Below are positions 51,227 to 62,530 of a stretch of 64,000 nt of DNA, in pieces. Each line of letters starts with the position of its first letter. Position 1 is the first letter of the stretch. A program made the position numbers and the translations under genes. The notes beneath the pieces are model-generated. The model saw nothing but the letters and a program-made list of their open reading frames with translations, was not told the origin of the DNA and searched no databases. The stretch is from NCBI GenBank assembly GCA_002410925.1, contig DHPR01000033.1, forward strand, positions 1-64,000, written 5' to 3'. Source of the stretch: a bacterium UBP13_UBA5359 (GTDB lineage: Bacteria; UBP13; UBA5359).

Positions 51227-52884
51227 TGGCTAAACAATTATCAGTAATTCCTCTCGGAGGTGTAACCGAGATTGGCAAGAATATGTTCGTTATACGTTAT
51301 GGCGACGATATTATTATCATAGATTCCGGGCTTATGTTCCCAGAGGAGGAGATGCTGGGCATAGATATTGTGATTCCGGATATGACCTATCTCTTTGAAA
51401 ATAAAAAGAGGATCAGGGGCGTTTTTTTAACGCATGGACATGAGGACCATATAGGGTCGCTCTCTTATCTTTTAAGAGAAGTGGATGTTCCTGTCTATGG
51501 AACAGGGCTGACGCTGGCCATAGTCTCTTCCAAGCTGGAGGAGAATAAGGTGGAATTCAAATCCGGTTTGCGAGAGGTGATGCCGGGCGATAAGATCAAG
51601 GCAGGCGCCGTGCAGGTGGAGTATATAAGGATAAATCACAGCATTCCGGGTGGTGCGGCACTGGCTGTACATACTCCTGCCGGTATAATACTTCATTCGG
51701 GTGATTTCAAGTTTGATCAGACGCCTATAGACGGCCGTGTAGCTGATTTTCCGCGATTGGCGGAGCTGGGCGATAAGGGTGTGCTGATGCTGATCTGCGA
51801 TACCACTAATGCCGATTCGCCCGGCTATACGCCATCGGAGAGAGGTGTTCGTGATACGCTGGAGCAGCTGATCAAGCAGGCTGAACAGCGGGTCCTGGTC
51901 ACGACCTTTGCCAGCAATGTGCATCGCATACAACAGGTGATCGATATATCGCATCATAATGGTCGTAAAGTGGCTGTAGCCGGGCGCAGCATGATCAATA
52001 TTATCGATAAAGCGGCGGAACTGGGCTATATCGAAATTCCATCCGAGACCATAATTGACCTTAATCAAATAGATGATTATCCGCGTGATAGAGTAACTAT
52101 ACTGACCACCGGCAGCCAGGGGGAGCCGATGTCGGCTCTGACACGGATAGCTATGCAGGAGCATAAAAAAGTCGATGTGGCACCTGGAGATCTGGTTATT
52201 ATATCGGCCAGTTGCATTCCCAGAAATGAAACCATGGTCTCCCGGACAATAAATTATCTCTTTAAAAGAGGTGCCGATGTAATCACTGACGAGATGATGG
52301 AGGTTCACGTATCCGGACATGCCAGCCAGGAAGAGATAAAGATGATGATCAATCTGGTCAGGCCTCGGTATGTTATGCCCTTTCACGGTGAGTATCGGCA
52401 TATGGCGGCTTTCACTCGTATAACGACGGATATCGGCATACCGAAGGAGCATGTTTTTATTTGCGAACCGGGCGACGTGGTCAGCTTTAAGGATCGTATC
52501 GGTGCTATCACCGGCCAGGTTACCGCCGGCGATGTTCTGGTAGACGGCCTCGGTGTCGGTGATGTCAGTGAGGTGGTCCTGCGAGACCGTATGCATCTGG
52601 CCAGCGATGGTGTGGTCATTATCGTTTTGACCGTGGAGCGTGGAACCGGACGTATTCTGGCAGGACCTGACATTGTTTCTCGGGGCTTTATATATGAAAA
52701 AGAATCGGAGGAGATTCTGGAGGAAGCTAAAAATAGATTGAGTCAGGCATTGGCTGAATTTGAAAAACAGCAGGTTACCGATTGGTCAGCCGTTAAAACT
52801 CGAATGCGGGAGATAATGAACCGCTTTCTCAAGGAGAGAACTCGGCGGCGTCCTATGCTTATGCCGATAGTAATGGAGGTATGA
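51226..52884 (+). CDS. rnj: Ribonuclease J
   Basis: PLGGVTEIGKN, THGHEDHIG, HSIP, GSQGEP, HVSGH, HGEYR. Confidence 0.97.
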   Translation: MAKQLSVIPLGGVTEIGKNMFVIRYGDDIIIIDSGLMFPEEEMLGIDIVIPDMTYLFENKKRIRGVFLTHGHEDHIGSLSYLLREVDVPVYGTGLTLAIVSSKLEENKVEFKSGLREVMPGDKIKAGAVQVEYIRINHSIPGGAALAVHTPAGIILHSGDFKFDQTPIDGRVADFPRLAELGDKGVLMLICDTTNADSPGYTPSERGVRDTLEQLIKQAEQRVLVTTFASNVHRIQQVIDISHHNGRKVAVAGRSMINIIDKAAELGYIEIPSETIIDLNQIDDYPRDRVTILTTGSQGEPMSALTRIAMQEHKKVDVAPGDLVIISASCIPRNETMVSRTINYLFKRGADVITDEMMEVHVSGHASQEEIKMMINLVRPRYVMPFHGEYRHMAAFTRITTDIGIPKEHVFICEPGDVVSFKDRIGAITGQVTAGDVLVDGLGVGDVSEVVLRDRMHLASDGVVIIVLTVERGTGRILAGPDIVSRGFIYEKESEEILEEAKNRLSQALAEFEKQQVTDWSAVKTRMREIMNRFLKERTRRRPMLMPIVMEV

Positions 52885-52888
52885 AGCC

Positions 52889-55132
52889 TTGGCCAGAAGA
52901 CGAGGGCCGGCTAAACAGGAGATAGACCCCTTGGCCTTCGACATAGCCGGTATAGCTCTTTGCGCGCTGAGCATATTGATCTTTATCGGCCTGATAAGCC
53001 CGGAGCAAGTCAATGGTCTGGGTAGCTGGGTAGCCGATGGTTTGCGATATCTCTTTGGGCTGGGCGCCTTTGTCGTGCCGCCGATGCTCATTTTTTTGGG
53101 TGTACTCAGCATTGTCAGGAGATCGCAGGCCTGGTCGGGGTACAGATTAGCCGGCGTAATTCTTCTTTTTATCTCTTTTATGACACTAGCCGATCTCTCA
53201 GCCTGGGAACAGGCATGGGGATGGGATCGTTATTGCGGGTATGGAGGTCTTGCAGGGGCTATCTTAGCCTGGCTGCTGGTCAAAGTGCTCTCGCGTACAG
53301 GTACCTATATAGTTGTTGGTGCTCTGGCATTGATATCCATACTCATGCTTTTTAATCTCTCGCTGGCGGCTTTGATAGGCGGTCTTCATGAGCATTTCAC
53401 GGCCATGAATAGGAAACGGCGCTCTATGCTTGCTTCTACGGCTTCTGTCGGAAGGAAAGCATCAAAAGAGTGTGCGGGCAAAGAGAAGCCCTTATCGGAA
53501 GGTTCACCGCTGACCGTGCCTCAGCCGATAGAGAAGCCTATACAGATAAGGCTTATGGATGATGCCGACGCCCCCAGGTCTTCCTCTTCTGAGGGAACGC
53601 AGGCCGTATCTTCTGCCAGGCTTGAACAGAGGCGGGAGCCTGCTTGCCGGTCGGGCTTGCCTGCTGGTGAGCAGATGACCTCCGATCTTGAAAAAAAAGC
53701 GATTACTAATTATGAGTTGCCGGCGGTATCTCTTTTGCTAGAAGGAAATGCATCCGCCTCTATATCTGATCGTAGCGAGATAGAACGCAAAGCCTTGCTG
53801 CTGGAGAAGACTCTGGAAGATTTCGGCATCTCTGTTAAAGTCGTGGCTGCAGAACAGGGGCCGACCATCACCAGATATGAGCTTCAGCCTGCGCCCGGAG
53901 TCAAGGTTAACAGGATTGTCAATCTGAGTAACGATATCGCCCTCTCTCTGGCTGCATCCAATATTCGCATAGAGGCTCCTATTCCCGGAAAATCGGCTGT
54001 AGGGGTAGAGGTTCCCAATGAACAGGTAAGTATTGTTCGTCTGCGTGAACTGATCGAAACCGAGCCGTTCCGCAATGCCAAATCCAGGTTAACCTTTGCT
54101 TTAGGCAAAGATATAGCCGGAACTCCCGTAGTGGCTGATCTGGCGCGTATGCCGCACCTCCTTATTGCCGGCTCAACCGGAACGGGCAAGAGCGTTTGTA
54201 TCAATGCGCTGATAATGAGCTTGCTCTATCGTGCTACTCCCAATGAGCTGAAGCTGGTCATGATAGATCCTAAGAGGGTTGAATTGAACGTATATGAGCA
54301 TTTGCCCCATCTGGCCATGCCTGTTATCAAGGATGTCAAGCAGGCTGCCGCCGCTCTGAAATGGGTGGTCAAGCAGATGGAATCTCGTTACGAGCTCTTT
54401 GCCTCGCAGGGAGTTCGCAATATAGATGGTTATAACGGCCGAAACAAGGATGACGGGCTGCCGTATATAGTGGTAATTATCGATGAGCTGGCGGATCTTA
54501 TGTTGGTTGCACCTATGGATGTGGAAAACTCGATTTGCCGGCTGGCGCAACTGGCTCGCGCCACTGGTATACATTTGGTGGTGGCCACACAGCGTCCCTC
54601 GGTGGATATTATCACCGGCACTATAAAAGCCAATATATCATCTCGTATCTCCTTTGCCGTTTCTTCGCAGATAGATTCACGCACCATTCTTGATGCGCCG
54701 GGAGCTGAAAAGTTGATGGGGCGGGGCGATATGCTTTATCAGCCGGTAGATCTGCCCAAGCCTATGAGAATGCAGGGTGCATTCGTGATGGAAGAGGAAA
54801 TTGAACGAGTAACCGACTTTATTAAGCGGCAGGGCAGGACGTCATATATGGATATATTGCCGGCGGTTGATGAGGAGGATGAATGTCCAACCGAGTATGG
54901 TGATGCCGATGATGAGCTCTTCATGGAAGCCGTGCGTCAGGTTATCAACAGCGGCCAGGCATCTATTTCCATGCTACAGCGGCGTCTCAAGGTAGGTTAT
55001 GCCAGGGCTGCCAGGCTGGTGGATATGATGGAGGAGCGCGGTATCGTTGGACCCTTTGAAGGCAGCAAGGCACGTGATGTCCTGGTAGGACCGGAGTATC
55101 TGGAGGAAGAGGAGCCGGACTTTGAAGGTTAA
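52889..55132 (+). CDS. ftsK: DNA translocase FtsK/SpoIIIE
   Basis: N-terminal TMs, MPHLLIAGSTGTGKS, IDELADLM, ATQRPS, gamma domain LQRRLKVGYARA. Confidence 0.97.
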   Translation: MARRRGPAKQEIDPLAFDIAGIALCALSILIFIGLISPEQVNGLGSWVADGLRYLFGLGAFVVPPMLIFLGVLSIVRRSQAWSGYRLAGVILLFISFMTLADLSAWEQAWGWDRYCGYGGLAGAILAWLLVKVLSRTGTYIVVGALALISILMLFNLSLAALIGGLHEHFTAMNRKRRSMLASTASVGRKASKECAGKEKPLSEGSPLTVPQPIEKPIQIRLMDDADAPRSSSSEGTQAVSSARLEQRREPACRSGLPAGEQMTSDLEKKAITNYELPAVSLLLEGNASASISDRSEIERKALLLEKTLEDFGISVKVVAAEQGPTITRYELQPAPGVKVNRIVNLSNDIALSLAASNIRIEAPIPGKSAVGVEVPNEQVSIVRLRELIETEPFRNAKSRLTFALGKDIAGTPVVADLARMPHLLIAGSTGTGKSVCINALIMSLLYRATPNELKLVMIDPKRVELNVYEHLPHLAMPVIKDVKQAAAALKWVVKQMESRYELFASQGVRNIDGYNGRNKDDGLPYIVVIIDELADLMLVAPMDVENSICRLAQLARATGIHLVVATQRPSVDIITGTIKANISSRISFAVSSQIDSRTILDAPGAEKLMGRGDMLYQPVDLPKPMRMQGAFVMEEEIERVTDFIKRQGRTSYMDILPAVDEEDECPTEYGDADDELFMEAVRQVINSGQASISMLQRRLKVGYARAARLVDMMEERGIVGPFEGSKARDVLVGPEYLEEEEPDFEG

Positions 55133-56423
55133 GGTCGTTACCGTCGGCTGCCCTAAAAATACGGTCGATTCCGAGCAGGCTCTATATTTGATGCAGACAG
55201 CCGGGCTTGCGCAGGTAGACGATCTGAAGCAGGCCGATATCGTACTTATAAATACTTGTGCTTTTATCGAGAGTGCCAGGGAAGAATCCATCGAAGCTAT
55301 ATTAGATGCTGCTGCCGCGGTATCTCAAACCGGCGCCTCTCTCTGGGTAACGGGTTGCATGGTCAGCAGATATAAGGATGAATTGACAAAGGCATTGCCT
55401 GAAGTCGATGCCTTTGTCGGCCTGAAGGATTGGAATGGGCTTCGGCAGCTTTTGGCAGAGAAGGGCAAAGAGTTACCTGCCTTCGCTCTGCGAGCTTCGG
55501 AGCGACAGGTGCCTTACGGCCGAATACTGCTTACGCCTCCCTGGAGTGCATATCTTCGTATCGCCGACGGCTGTGATAATCGCTGCTCATATTGCGCTAT
55601 TCCCGTTATACGTGGCGGCTATGCCAGCCGGCCGTTTGAATTGTTATTAGATGAAGCGGAAGGATTGGTGGCCGGCGGAGTCAGAGAGATTATCCTTATA
55701 GCGCAGGACAGCACGCGCTACGGCATAGATATTTATGGCAAACGCCGTCTCTCCGAGCTGATATTGGCTCTGGGAAATATCAGGGGCTTGGAATGGATCA
55801 GATTGATGTATGCGCATCCGGCTTCGCTTGACGATGAGCTTATCGAGATCGTAGCTGCTGCACCCAGGGTCTGTCGTTATCTTGAGATACCGCTGCAGCA
55901 TTCTCATCCCGATATTCTGCTTTCCATGCGGCGTCCGTCCGCTTCTCGGCAAACGCTGGATAAATTGCAAAAGCTGCGCCGTCTAAATCCATATGCTACT
56001 TTGCGTTCGACTTTTATTGTCGGATATCCCACCGAGCGCAAGGAGCATTATCTGCATTTGCGAAAGTTCCTGCGTGAGGTTGCTTTTGACAGGGCAGGCT
56101 TCTTTATATATTCACCGGAAGAGGGTACTCCTGCTTATAATATGCGCCCCAGGGTTCGTATGAGCACGGCATTGCGGCGACAGGAGAGGCTGATGGAGTT
56201 GCAAGCGGATATATCTGCCGATATCTCTGCCCGACTGATAGGAAGGGAGATAGATGTTCTAATCGAAGATCGAAAAAGAGAAGGGCTTATCGGTCGCGGA
56301 CATCGCGATGCGCCGGAGATCGATGGCGCTGTCTACCTAACCGGGCAGGCGCAGATTGGCTCCCTTGCCAGAGCCCGGGTAACTCATGCAGGCCCGCATG
56401 ACCTGTATGGTATAATTGTCTAA
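55122..56423 (+). CDS. rimO: Ribosomal protein S12 methylthiotransferase
   Basis: GCPKNTVDSE, NTCAFI, GCDNRCSYCAIP, DAPEIDG. Confidence 0.95.
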   Translation: MKVKVVTVGCPKNTVDSEQALYLMQTAGLAQVDDLKQADIVLINTCAFIESAREESIEAILDAAAAVSQTGASLWVTGCMVSRYKDELTKALPEVDAFVGLKDWNGLRQLLAEKGKELPAFALRASERQVPYGRILLTPPWSAYLRIADGCDNRCSYCAIPVIRGGYASRPFELLLDEAEGLVAGGVREIILIAQDSTRYGIDIYGKRRLSELILALGNIRGLEWIRLMYAHPASLDDELIEIVAAAPRVCRYLEIPLQHSHPDILLSMRRPSASRQTLDKLQKLRRLNPYATLRSTFIVGYPTERKEHYLHLRKFLREVAFDRAGFFIYSPEEGTPAYNMRPRVRMSTALRRQERLMELQADISADISARLIGREIDVLIEDRKREGLIGRGHRDAPEIDGAVYLTGQAQIGSLARARVTHAGPHDLYGIIV

Positions 56424-56505
56424 GATGGGCTATGCAGCGTGGAGGCCAATTCGGGTCTCTGAGTAAGTCTCTTTGATATGAGGGGTTAGAGGTGGGAATT
56501 TCGGA

Positions 56506-58413
56506 TTGGTTATTCGAGATTTGAGCACGCTTGCGGATCAAGCGGATCAAAAGGTCAAGAGTGCATTACGGAGGAAAAGAGCCGAATTGCCGGATCGTCC
56601 CGGGGTTTATTTGATGAAGGACGATGCGGGTGAAGTGATTTATATAGGCAAAGCGCTCTCATTGCGTAAAAGAGTAAGCTCATACTTTCAAAAGGGGCGC
56701 CGGCATGATCCCAAAACGATAGCGCTGATTTCAAAAATAGCAGATTTTGATATTATTATAACCGACAACGAGATCGAAGCCTTGATGCTGGAGTGCAATC
56801 TCATCAAGAAACATCGTCCTTATTACAACGTTCTGCTTATGGATGATAAACATTATCCCTATTTGAAGATGACGGTCGATGAAAGCTATCCGCGTTTGTT
56901 CATAGCCCGGCGGGTAGAACGTGACGGTGCCAGGTATTTCGGACCGTACGCTCATGCCGGTGGAGTCAGAGAGGCACTTAAGCTGGTCAAGCGCCTTTTC
57001 GGTCTTCGTAGTTGCCGAAAGGAGATCGCTAGAGAGGCAAATCGTCCCTGTCTCAATTACCAGATCAAGCTCTGTTCAGGCCCCTGCAGCGGAGCGGTAA
57101 GCCGTGAGGAGTATCTTGACCTTTGCCACAGAAGCGCGCTCTTTTTGAGTGGTCATGGGCGGGAACTGATAAAAGAGCTCTCTATGAGAATGAAAGCAGA
57201 AGCAGGGGCGCTTAATTTTGAACAGGCAGCTCGTTTCCGAGATCAGATAAAGGCCGTGCAGGCAGTGATGGAACGTCAGAAAATCATTGATACATCCCTG
57301 GAAGATAGAGATGTTATTGCCTTAGCCAGAGCTGAACAACGGATTGCCGTGCAGATATTCAATGTCCGTGCCGGCAAACTGACGGGACAGCGTCTCTTTA
57401 CTGCTGACGATGCCGGTGCTTCTGACGGTGAAGTGATGTCTGCCTTTATAGCGCAGTATTATGCAATCAATGATCCGATAAAGAGATTGCTCCTTTCACA
57501 TACGCCTGATGATGAGGCGCTGCTGGTAAGATGGCTGGAGGAACGTTTAGGCAGTAAGGTGAAGATACATCTGCCGCTACGCGGTTCAAAGCATGAGCTG
57601 ATGAAGATGGCGGCTATAAATGCTGAATATAAGCTGCGGGCTGAATTATCCGGTATATCGGACAGGAATGCCGAAAAGCGATCTGCCGATAATCTTGAAG
57701 CGTTAAGAGAACTCTTTCGCCTGGTCGGATATGGCGATATCGGTGAGAAGTGCAGGATAGAGGCATACGATATTTCCAATCTGGCAGGAAGCGATGCTGT
57801 TGGAGCCATGGTGGTTATGGAGAATGGCAGGCTTGCGGGAAGCGAATACCGAAACTTCAGGATAAAGGGTAATTTCAATCGCGAACAGGATGATTACGGC
57901 ATGATGGCCGAAATGTTGCGGCGTCGCTTCAAGCGGTTGCTTAAGGATGAAAAAATACTGCCACAGGCTATTTTGATCGATGGCGGCCGTGGTCAGCTGA
58001 ATGTTGCTCTATCTCTTCTCCGGGAAGCCGGCCTGGAAAGGAAGATAAAGGTTCTCTCTCTGGCTGAGGGGCGGGAAGAGGTCTATCTGCCGGAGCAATT
58101 GCTCCCTTTACGATTGCCTCGTGATTCTCGGCCACTTCATGTTCTACAGCAGCTGCGCGACGAGGTTCATCGTACGGCTATAGAGCATCATCGGCGGCTT
58201 AGAGCAAAGCGGTTGCGTCGCTCCGTATTGGATGAGATCAAAGGACTGGGGCCGGTTCGCAAGCAGGCGATGATCAGCAGTTGTGGCTCGGTAGCGGAGA
58301 TAGCGCTTATGCCATCGACTGAACTCGCTGCCCGCAGCGGCATCCCTTTGGCGCTGGCTGAACGTGTGAAGGCATATCTGGATAATCGATTAGGTGCAGA
58401 AGGCGCTGAATAG
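56506..58413 (+). CDS. uvrC: Excinuclease ABC subunit C (start uncertain)
   Basis: LPDRPGVYLMKD...YIGKA..LRKRVSSYF (GIY-YIG), YFGPY, IEAYDISN, IDGGRGQ. Confidence 0.96.
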   Translation: MVIRDLSTLADQADQKVKSALRRKRAELPDRPGVYLMKDDAGEVIYIGKALSLRKRVSSYFQKGRRHDPKTIALISKIADFDIIITDNEIEALMLECNLIKKHRPYYNVLLMDDKHYPYLKMTVDESYPRLFIARRVERDGARYFGPYAHAGGVREALKLVKRLFGLRSCRKEIAREANRPCLNYQIKLCSGPCSGAVSREEYLDLCHRSALFLSGHGRELIKELSMRMKAEAGALNFEQAARFRDQIKAVQAVMERQKIIDTSLEDRDVIALARAEQRIAVQIFNVRAGKLTGQRLFTADDAGASDGEVMSAFIAQYYAINDPIKRLLLSHTPDDEALLVRWLEERLGSKVKIHLPLRGSKHELMKMAAINAEYKLRAELSGISDRNAEKRSADNLEALRELFRLVGYGDIGEKCRIEAYDISNLAGSDAVGAMVVMENGRLAGSEYRNFRIKGNFNREQDDYGMMAEMLRRRFKRLLKDEKILPQAILIDGGRGQLNVALSLLREAGLERKIKVLSLAEGREEVYLPEQLLPLRLPRDSRPLHVLQQLRDEVHRTAIEHHRRLRAKRLRRSVLDEIKGLGPVRKQAMISSCGSVAEIALMPSTELAARSGIPLALAERVKAYLDNRLGAEGAE

Positions 58414-58544
58414 AAGTGCGGATCTGCTGCCAAAACACCGAGATGCCGTTGAGCTTTCTGATAACATTGCTAATTTGAACAGGATTTTGCATCAAAGAGC
58501 TTGAATAAAGTTATTGAATATAAATGAACGGGAGGCAAAGTTAA

Positions 58545-58889
58545 ATGTCCTATCTGATTTATAAATGGCTGTTGACAACAGCGGCGCTTTATTTGACTTC
58601 CTTGATAATACCGGGGATAAGTATTGAGGGAGTTCTTTCGGCATTTCTGGCAGCTGCAATACTTGGTCTGATAAATGCTCTGATAAAGCCGTTGTTGATC
58701 TTTTTAACACTGCCGATTACCATTCTGACACTGGGTTTGTCAATACTGGTAATCAATGCATTGCTTCTCTGGCTGGCAGGAAGCATAGGTATAAACGGCT
58801 TTGCCGTTGATGGTTTTCTGTCGGCTTTTTTAGGATCTATAGTTATGAGCTTCTTCGGTATGATACTGAACAGGCTGCTGTCAGCCTAA
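58545..58889 (+). CDS. YvlD-like 4-TM membrane protein (phage holin 4 family)
   Basis: NALIKPLL..LTLPITILTLGL..LVINA; typical position before rapZ. Confidence 0.85.
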   Translation: MSYLIYKWLLTTAALYLTSLIIPGISIEGVLSAFLAAAILGLINALIKPLLIFLTLPITILTLGLSILVINALLLWLAGSIGINGFAVDGFLSAFLGSIVMSFFGMILNRLLSA

Positions 58890-58904
58890 GAAGGGGAGAA
58901 ATTT

Positions 58905-59819
58905 TTGAACGATTTTAAGATGATAATAATTACCGGCCAATCCGGTGCAGGCAAAACTCAGGCAGTAAGATGTTTTGAAGATATGGGCTATTTTTGTGTT
59001 GATAACCTGCCGCCGGTAATGATGCATAGCTTTGCGGAACTTTGCCGGCAGAGCTTGAGCAAGATAAGGCGTATAGCAGTGGTGGTGGATGTCAGGGGTG
59101 GAGAGTTTTTCAGTGAACTCTTTGAAGCCCTGGATGAGTTGGCTCGTGCCGGATATGACCACAGGATACTCTACCTGGATGCTTCCGATCAGGTGCTGGT
59201 GACGCGTTTCAAAGAAACCCGGCGCAAGCCACCGCTGGCTGATATTCGGAGAGGTGTGCTGGAGGGCATCAAGGCTGAACGCAAGCGTCTCCAGGGCGTC
59301 AGGGACATAGCGGATAATATCATAGATACCTCTGGTCTGACAGCTCGCGAGCTGCAAGCTAAACTGGAATGTCTGTTCAGCGATACGCTCTTGCAGGAGA
59401 GACTCTCCATAACAATCATCTCTTTCGGCTATAAATACGGTATTCCTCTGGATGCCGATCTGCTCTTCGATGTTCGTTTCCTTCCCAATCCACAGTATGT
59501 CGAGGAAATGAAGGCGCTTACAGGGGAAGATAGAAGTGTTGCCGAATACGTGATGAAATGGCCTGTTACCAAGCGCTTTATCAGCAGACTTTACAGCTTT
59601 GTTGATTTTCTCCTGCCACAGTATATAAAAGAGGGCAAAGCGCATCTGACCATCGGTATAGGCTGCACCGGAGGACAGCATCGTGCAGTGGCTATATCTG
59701 CCGCCCTTTGTCAACATTTACGGCAGAAGGGTTACCGGGCGGTACTGCAGCACAGGGATATAATGAACAGATTGGAAAGTGCAAACTTTTCGACTGCGTT
59801 GTCCGGTAATGAAGAGTGA
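58905..59819 (+). CDS. rapZ: RNase adapter RapZ/YvcJ
   Basis: TGQSGAGKT, CVDNLP, SFGYKYGIP, FDVRFLPNP, GCTGGQHR. Confidence 0.96.
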   Translation: MNDFKMIIITGQSGAGKTQAVRCFEDMGYFCVDNLPPVMMHSFAELCRQSLSKIRRIAVVVDVRGGEFFSELFEALDELARAGYDHRILYLDASDQVLVTRFKETRRKPPLADIRRGVLEGIKAERKRLQGVRDIADNIIDTSGLTARELQAKLECLFSDTLLQERLSITIISFGYKYGIPLDADLLFDVRFLPNPQYVEEMKALTGEDRSVAEYVMKWPVTKRFISRLYSFVDFLLPQYIKEGKAHLTIGIGCTGGQHRAVAISAALCQHLRQKGYRAVLQHRDIMNRLESANFSTALSGNEE

Positions 59820-59927
59820 AAGACCCGGGATGGCAGGCATGAGTATGTGCATGGGAATCTCGAAACCGGCAACCGATAGCCGGCAGCCGGCAGCTGTGCC
59901 TGCAAGGCGTGATTTCGGAGCAGGGTT

Positions 59928-61229
59928 ATGAAGAAGAGTATTGAGAAACGAATGCATCTGCTCAAGTGGCTCTATCCCGGTATGCGGGTAAAGCGCTGGT
60001 TGGTAATGGTGATATGCGGTGTGGTTTTGATAGGCACCGGTTTGGCGCTGGTGATCAACGGACGTATTCTTGGCGTAGTTGAGGATCTATTAAAGCATCT
60101 GAGTCGGATCAGTATCGGCCAAATACTTCCTCCTGTGGCAAACGGGCTCTTTCTTATGGGAATAGGCATAGCCGTATGCATATGGGGGGCAGCCAAAATA
60201 TTCAGGTCCATATTTGTCGCTTGTCAGCCGATAGGCAATGGCCAATTAGTCGATATTATCTACCGTAAACATCAGTTGGAGCAGGGGCTGAGAATTGTAG
60301 CCTTTGGCGGCGGCACAGGCCTGGCATCCCTTCTGCGAGGTCTCAAAGATTATACCAGCAATATTACCGCAGTAGTAACCGTGTCCGATGACGGAGGCAG
60401 CTCCGGCATATTGCGCCGGGAAACGGGAATTATTCCTCCTGGTGATATCAGAAACTGCCTGGTCGCCCTGGCAGATGCCGAACCTCTGATGACACGTCTT
60501 TTTCAGCATCGCTTCAACGGATTGCCGGGATTGGAGGGACATGCCTTCGGCAACCTCCTTTTATCGGCGCTGACCGATGTGGCGGGCGATTTTGAAGTGG
60601 CTGTTAAAGAGGCCAGCCGGGTTTTGGCCGTGAGAGGGCGCGTCTTTCCTTCGACTCTGGAAGATGTGATTCTTTGGGGCGAGATGAATGACGGCTCCTT
60701 GATATGTGGAGAGTCCAACATTACGGCGTCTGATCAGAATATACGGCGGGTTTATCTTAAACCTGATAATTGCAAGCCGGCACCGGAAGTGATGGAAGCT
60801 ATAGAGGAAGCCGATGCCATTGTTATCGGCCCCGGCAGCCTTTATACCAGTGTTATTCCCAATCTCCTCATCAGCGATGTAGCCAATGCCGTCAGGGAGG
60901 CCGAGGCTGTTAAAATCTACGTTTGCAACGTCATGACCCAGCCCGGTGAAACTGACCAATATACCGCCGGCGACCATCTCAAAGCTTTGATTGATCATGC
61001 CGGATGCGTGGTGGATTATATGCTGATAAATAATGCTCGTCCCTCGGAAGAGGCTTTGAAAAAATATCGGGAAGAGGGAGCTGAACTGGTTAGAGCTCTT
61101 CCCGAGGAGATTGTCAGACTGGGAGTACAGCCGATCATGCGCCACCTTATCAACCGAAATGTTCTGGTGCGCCACAGCCCCAGACGGCTGGGCGAAGCTA
61201 TCTATACAGTAATGGAGGCGGTAATTTAA
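59928..61229 (+). CDS. yvcK: YvcK/GlmR family protein with N-terminal TM extension
   Basis: GGGTGL, DDGGSSG, PPGDIRN, GPGSLYTS, NVMTQPGET. Confidence 0.93.
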   Translation: MKKSIEKRMHLLKWLYPGMRVKRWLVMVICGVVLIGTGLALVINGRILGVVEDLLKHLSRISIGQILPPVANGLFLMGIGIAVCIWGAAKIFRSIFVACQPIGNGQLVDIIYRKHQLEQGLRIVAFGGGTGLASLLRGLKDYTSNITAVVTVSDDGGSSGILRRETGIIPPGDIRNCLVALADAEPLMTRLFQHRFNGLPGLEGHAFGNLLLSALTDVAGDFEVAVKEASRVLAVRGRVFPSTLEDVILWGEMNDGSLICGESNITASDQNIRRVYLKPDNCKPAPEVMEAIEEADAIVIGPGSLYTSVIPNLLISDVANAVREAEAVKIYVCNVMTQPGETDQYTAGDHLKALIDHAGCVVDYMLINNARPSEEALKKYREEGAELVRALPEEIVRLGVQPIMRHLINRNVLVRHSPRRLGEAIYTVMEAVI

Positions 61230-61232
61230 TAG

Positions 61233-62345
<1,113 letters not shown>

Positions 62346-62356
62346 GCAATTGATCT

Positions 62357-62391
62357 GAAGGTGGCTTGCATGGCAAGCCACCTTCTTGATT
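62357..62391 (+). terminator. Terminator/stabiliser hairpin after gap
   Basis: GAAGGTGGCTTGC-ATG-GCAAGCCACCTTC followed by TTGATT. Confidence 0.75.
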
Positions 62392-62530
62392 AATCATATG
62401 TCGTAAAAAGCTTTAAAGCCGACAACAGAAGGTGGCGCTCGGATGGAACGGCAGCTTTCAACTGAGAGGTATACCGGGCGTAAACTTTTAATGACCTTAG
62501 ATTTGAAAGCCAAAAAAGGGGGTATGCCTC

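Noticed and set aside
58545-58889. Holin suggesting a prophage
   Set aside because: YvlD-like housekeeping context next to uvrC-rapZ; no phage genes
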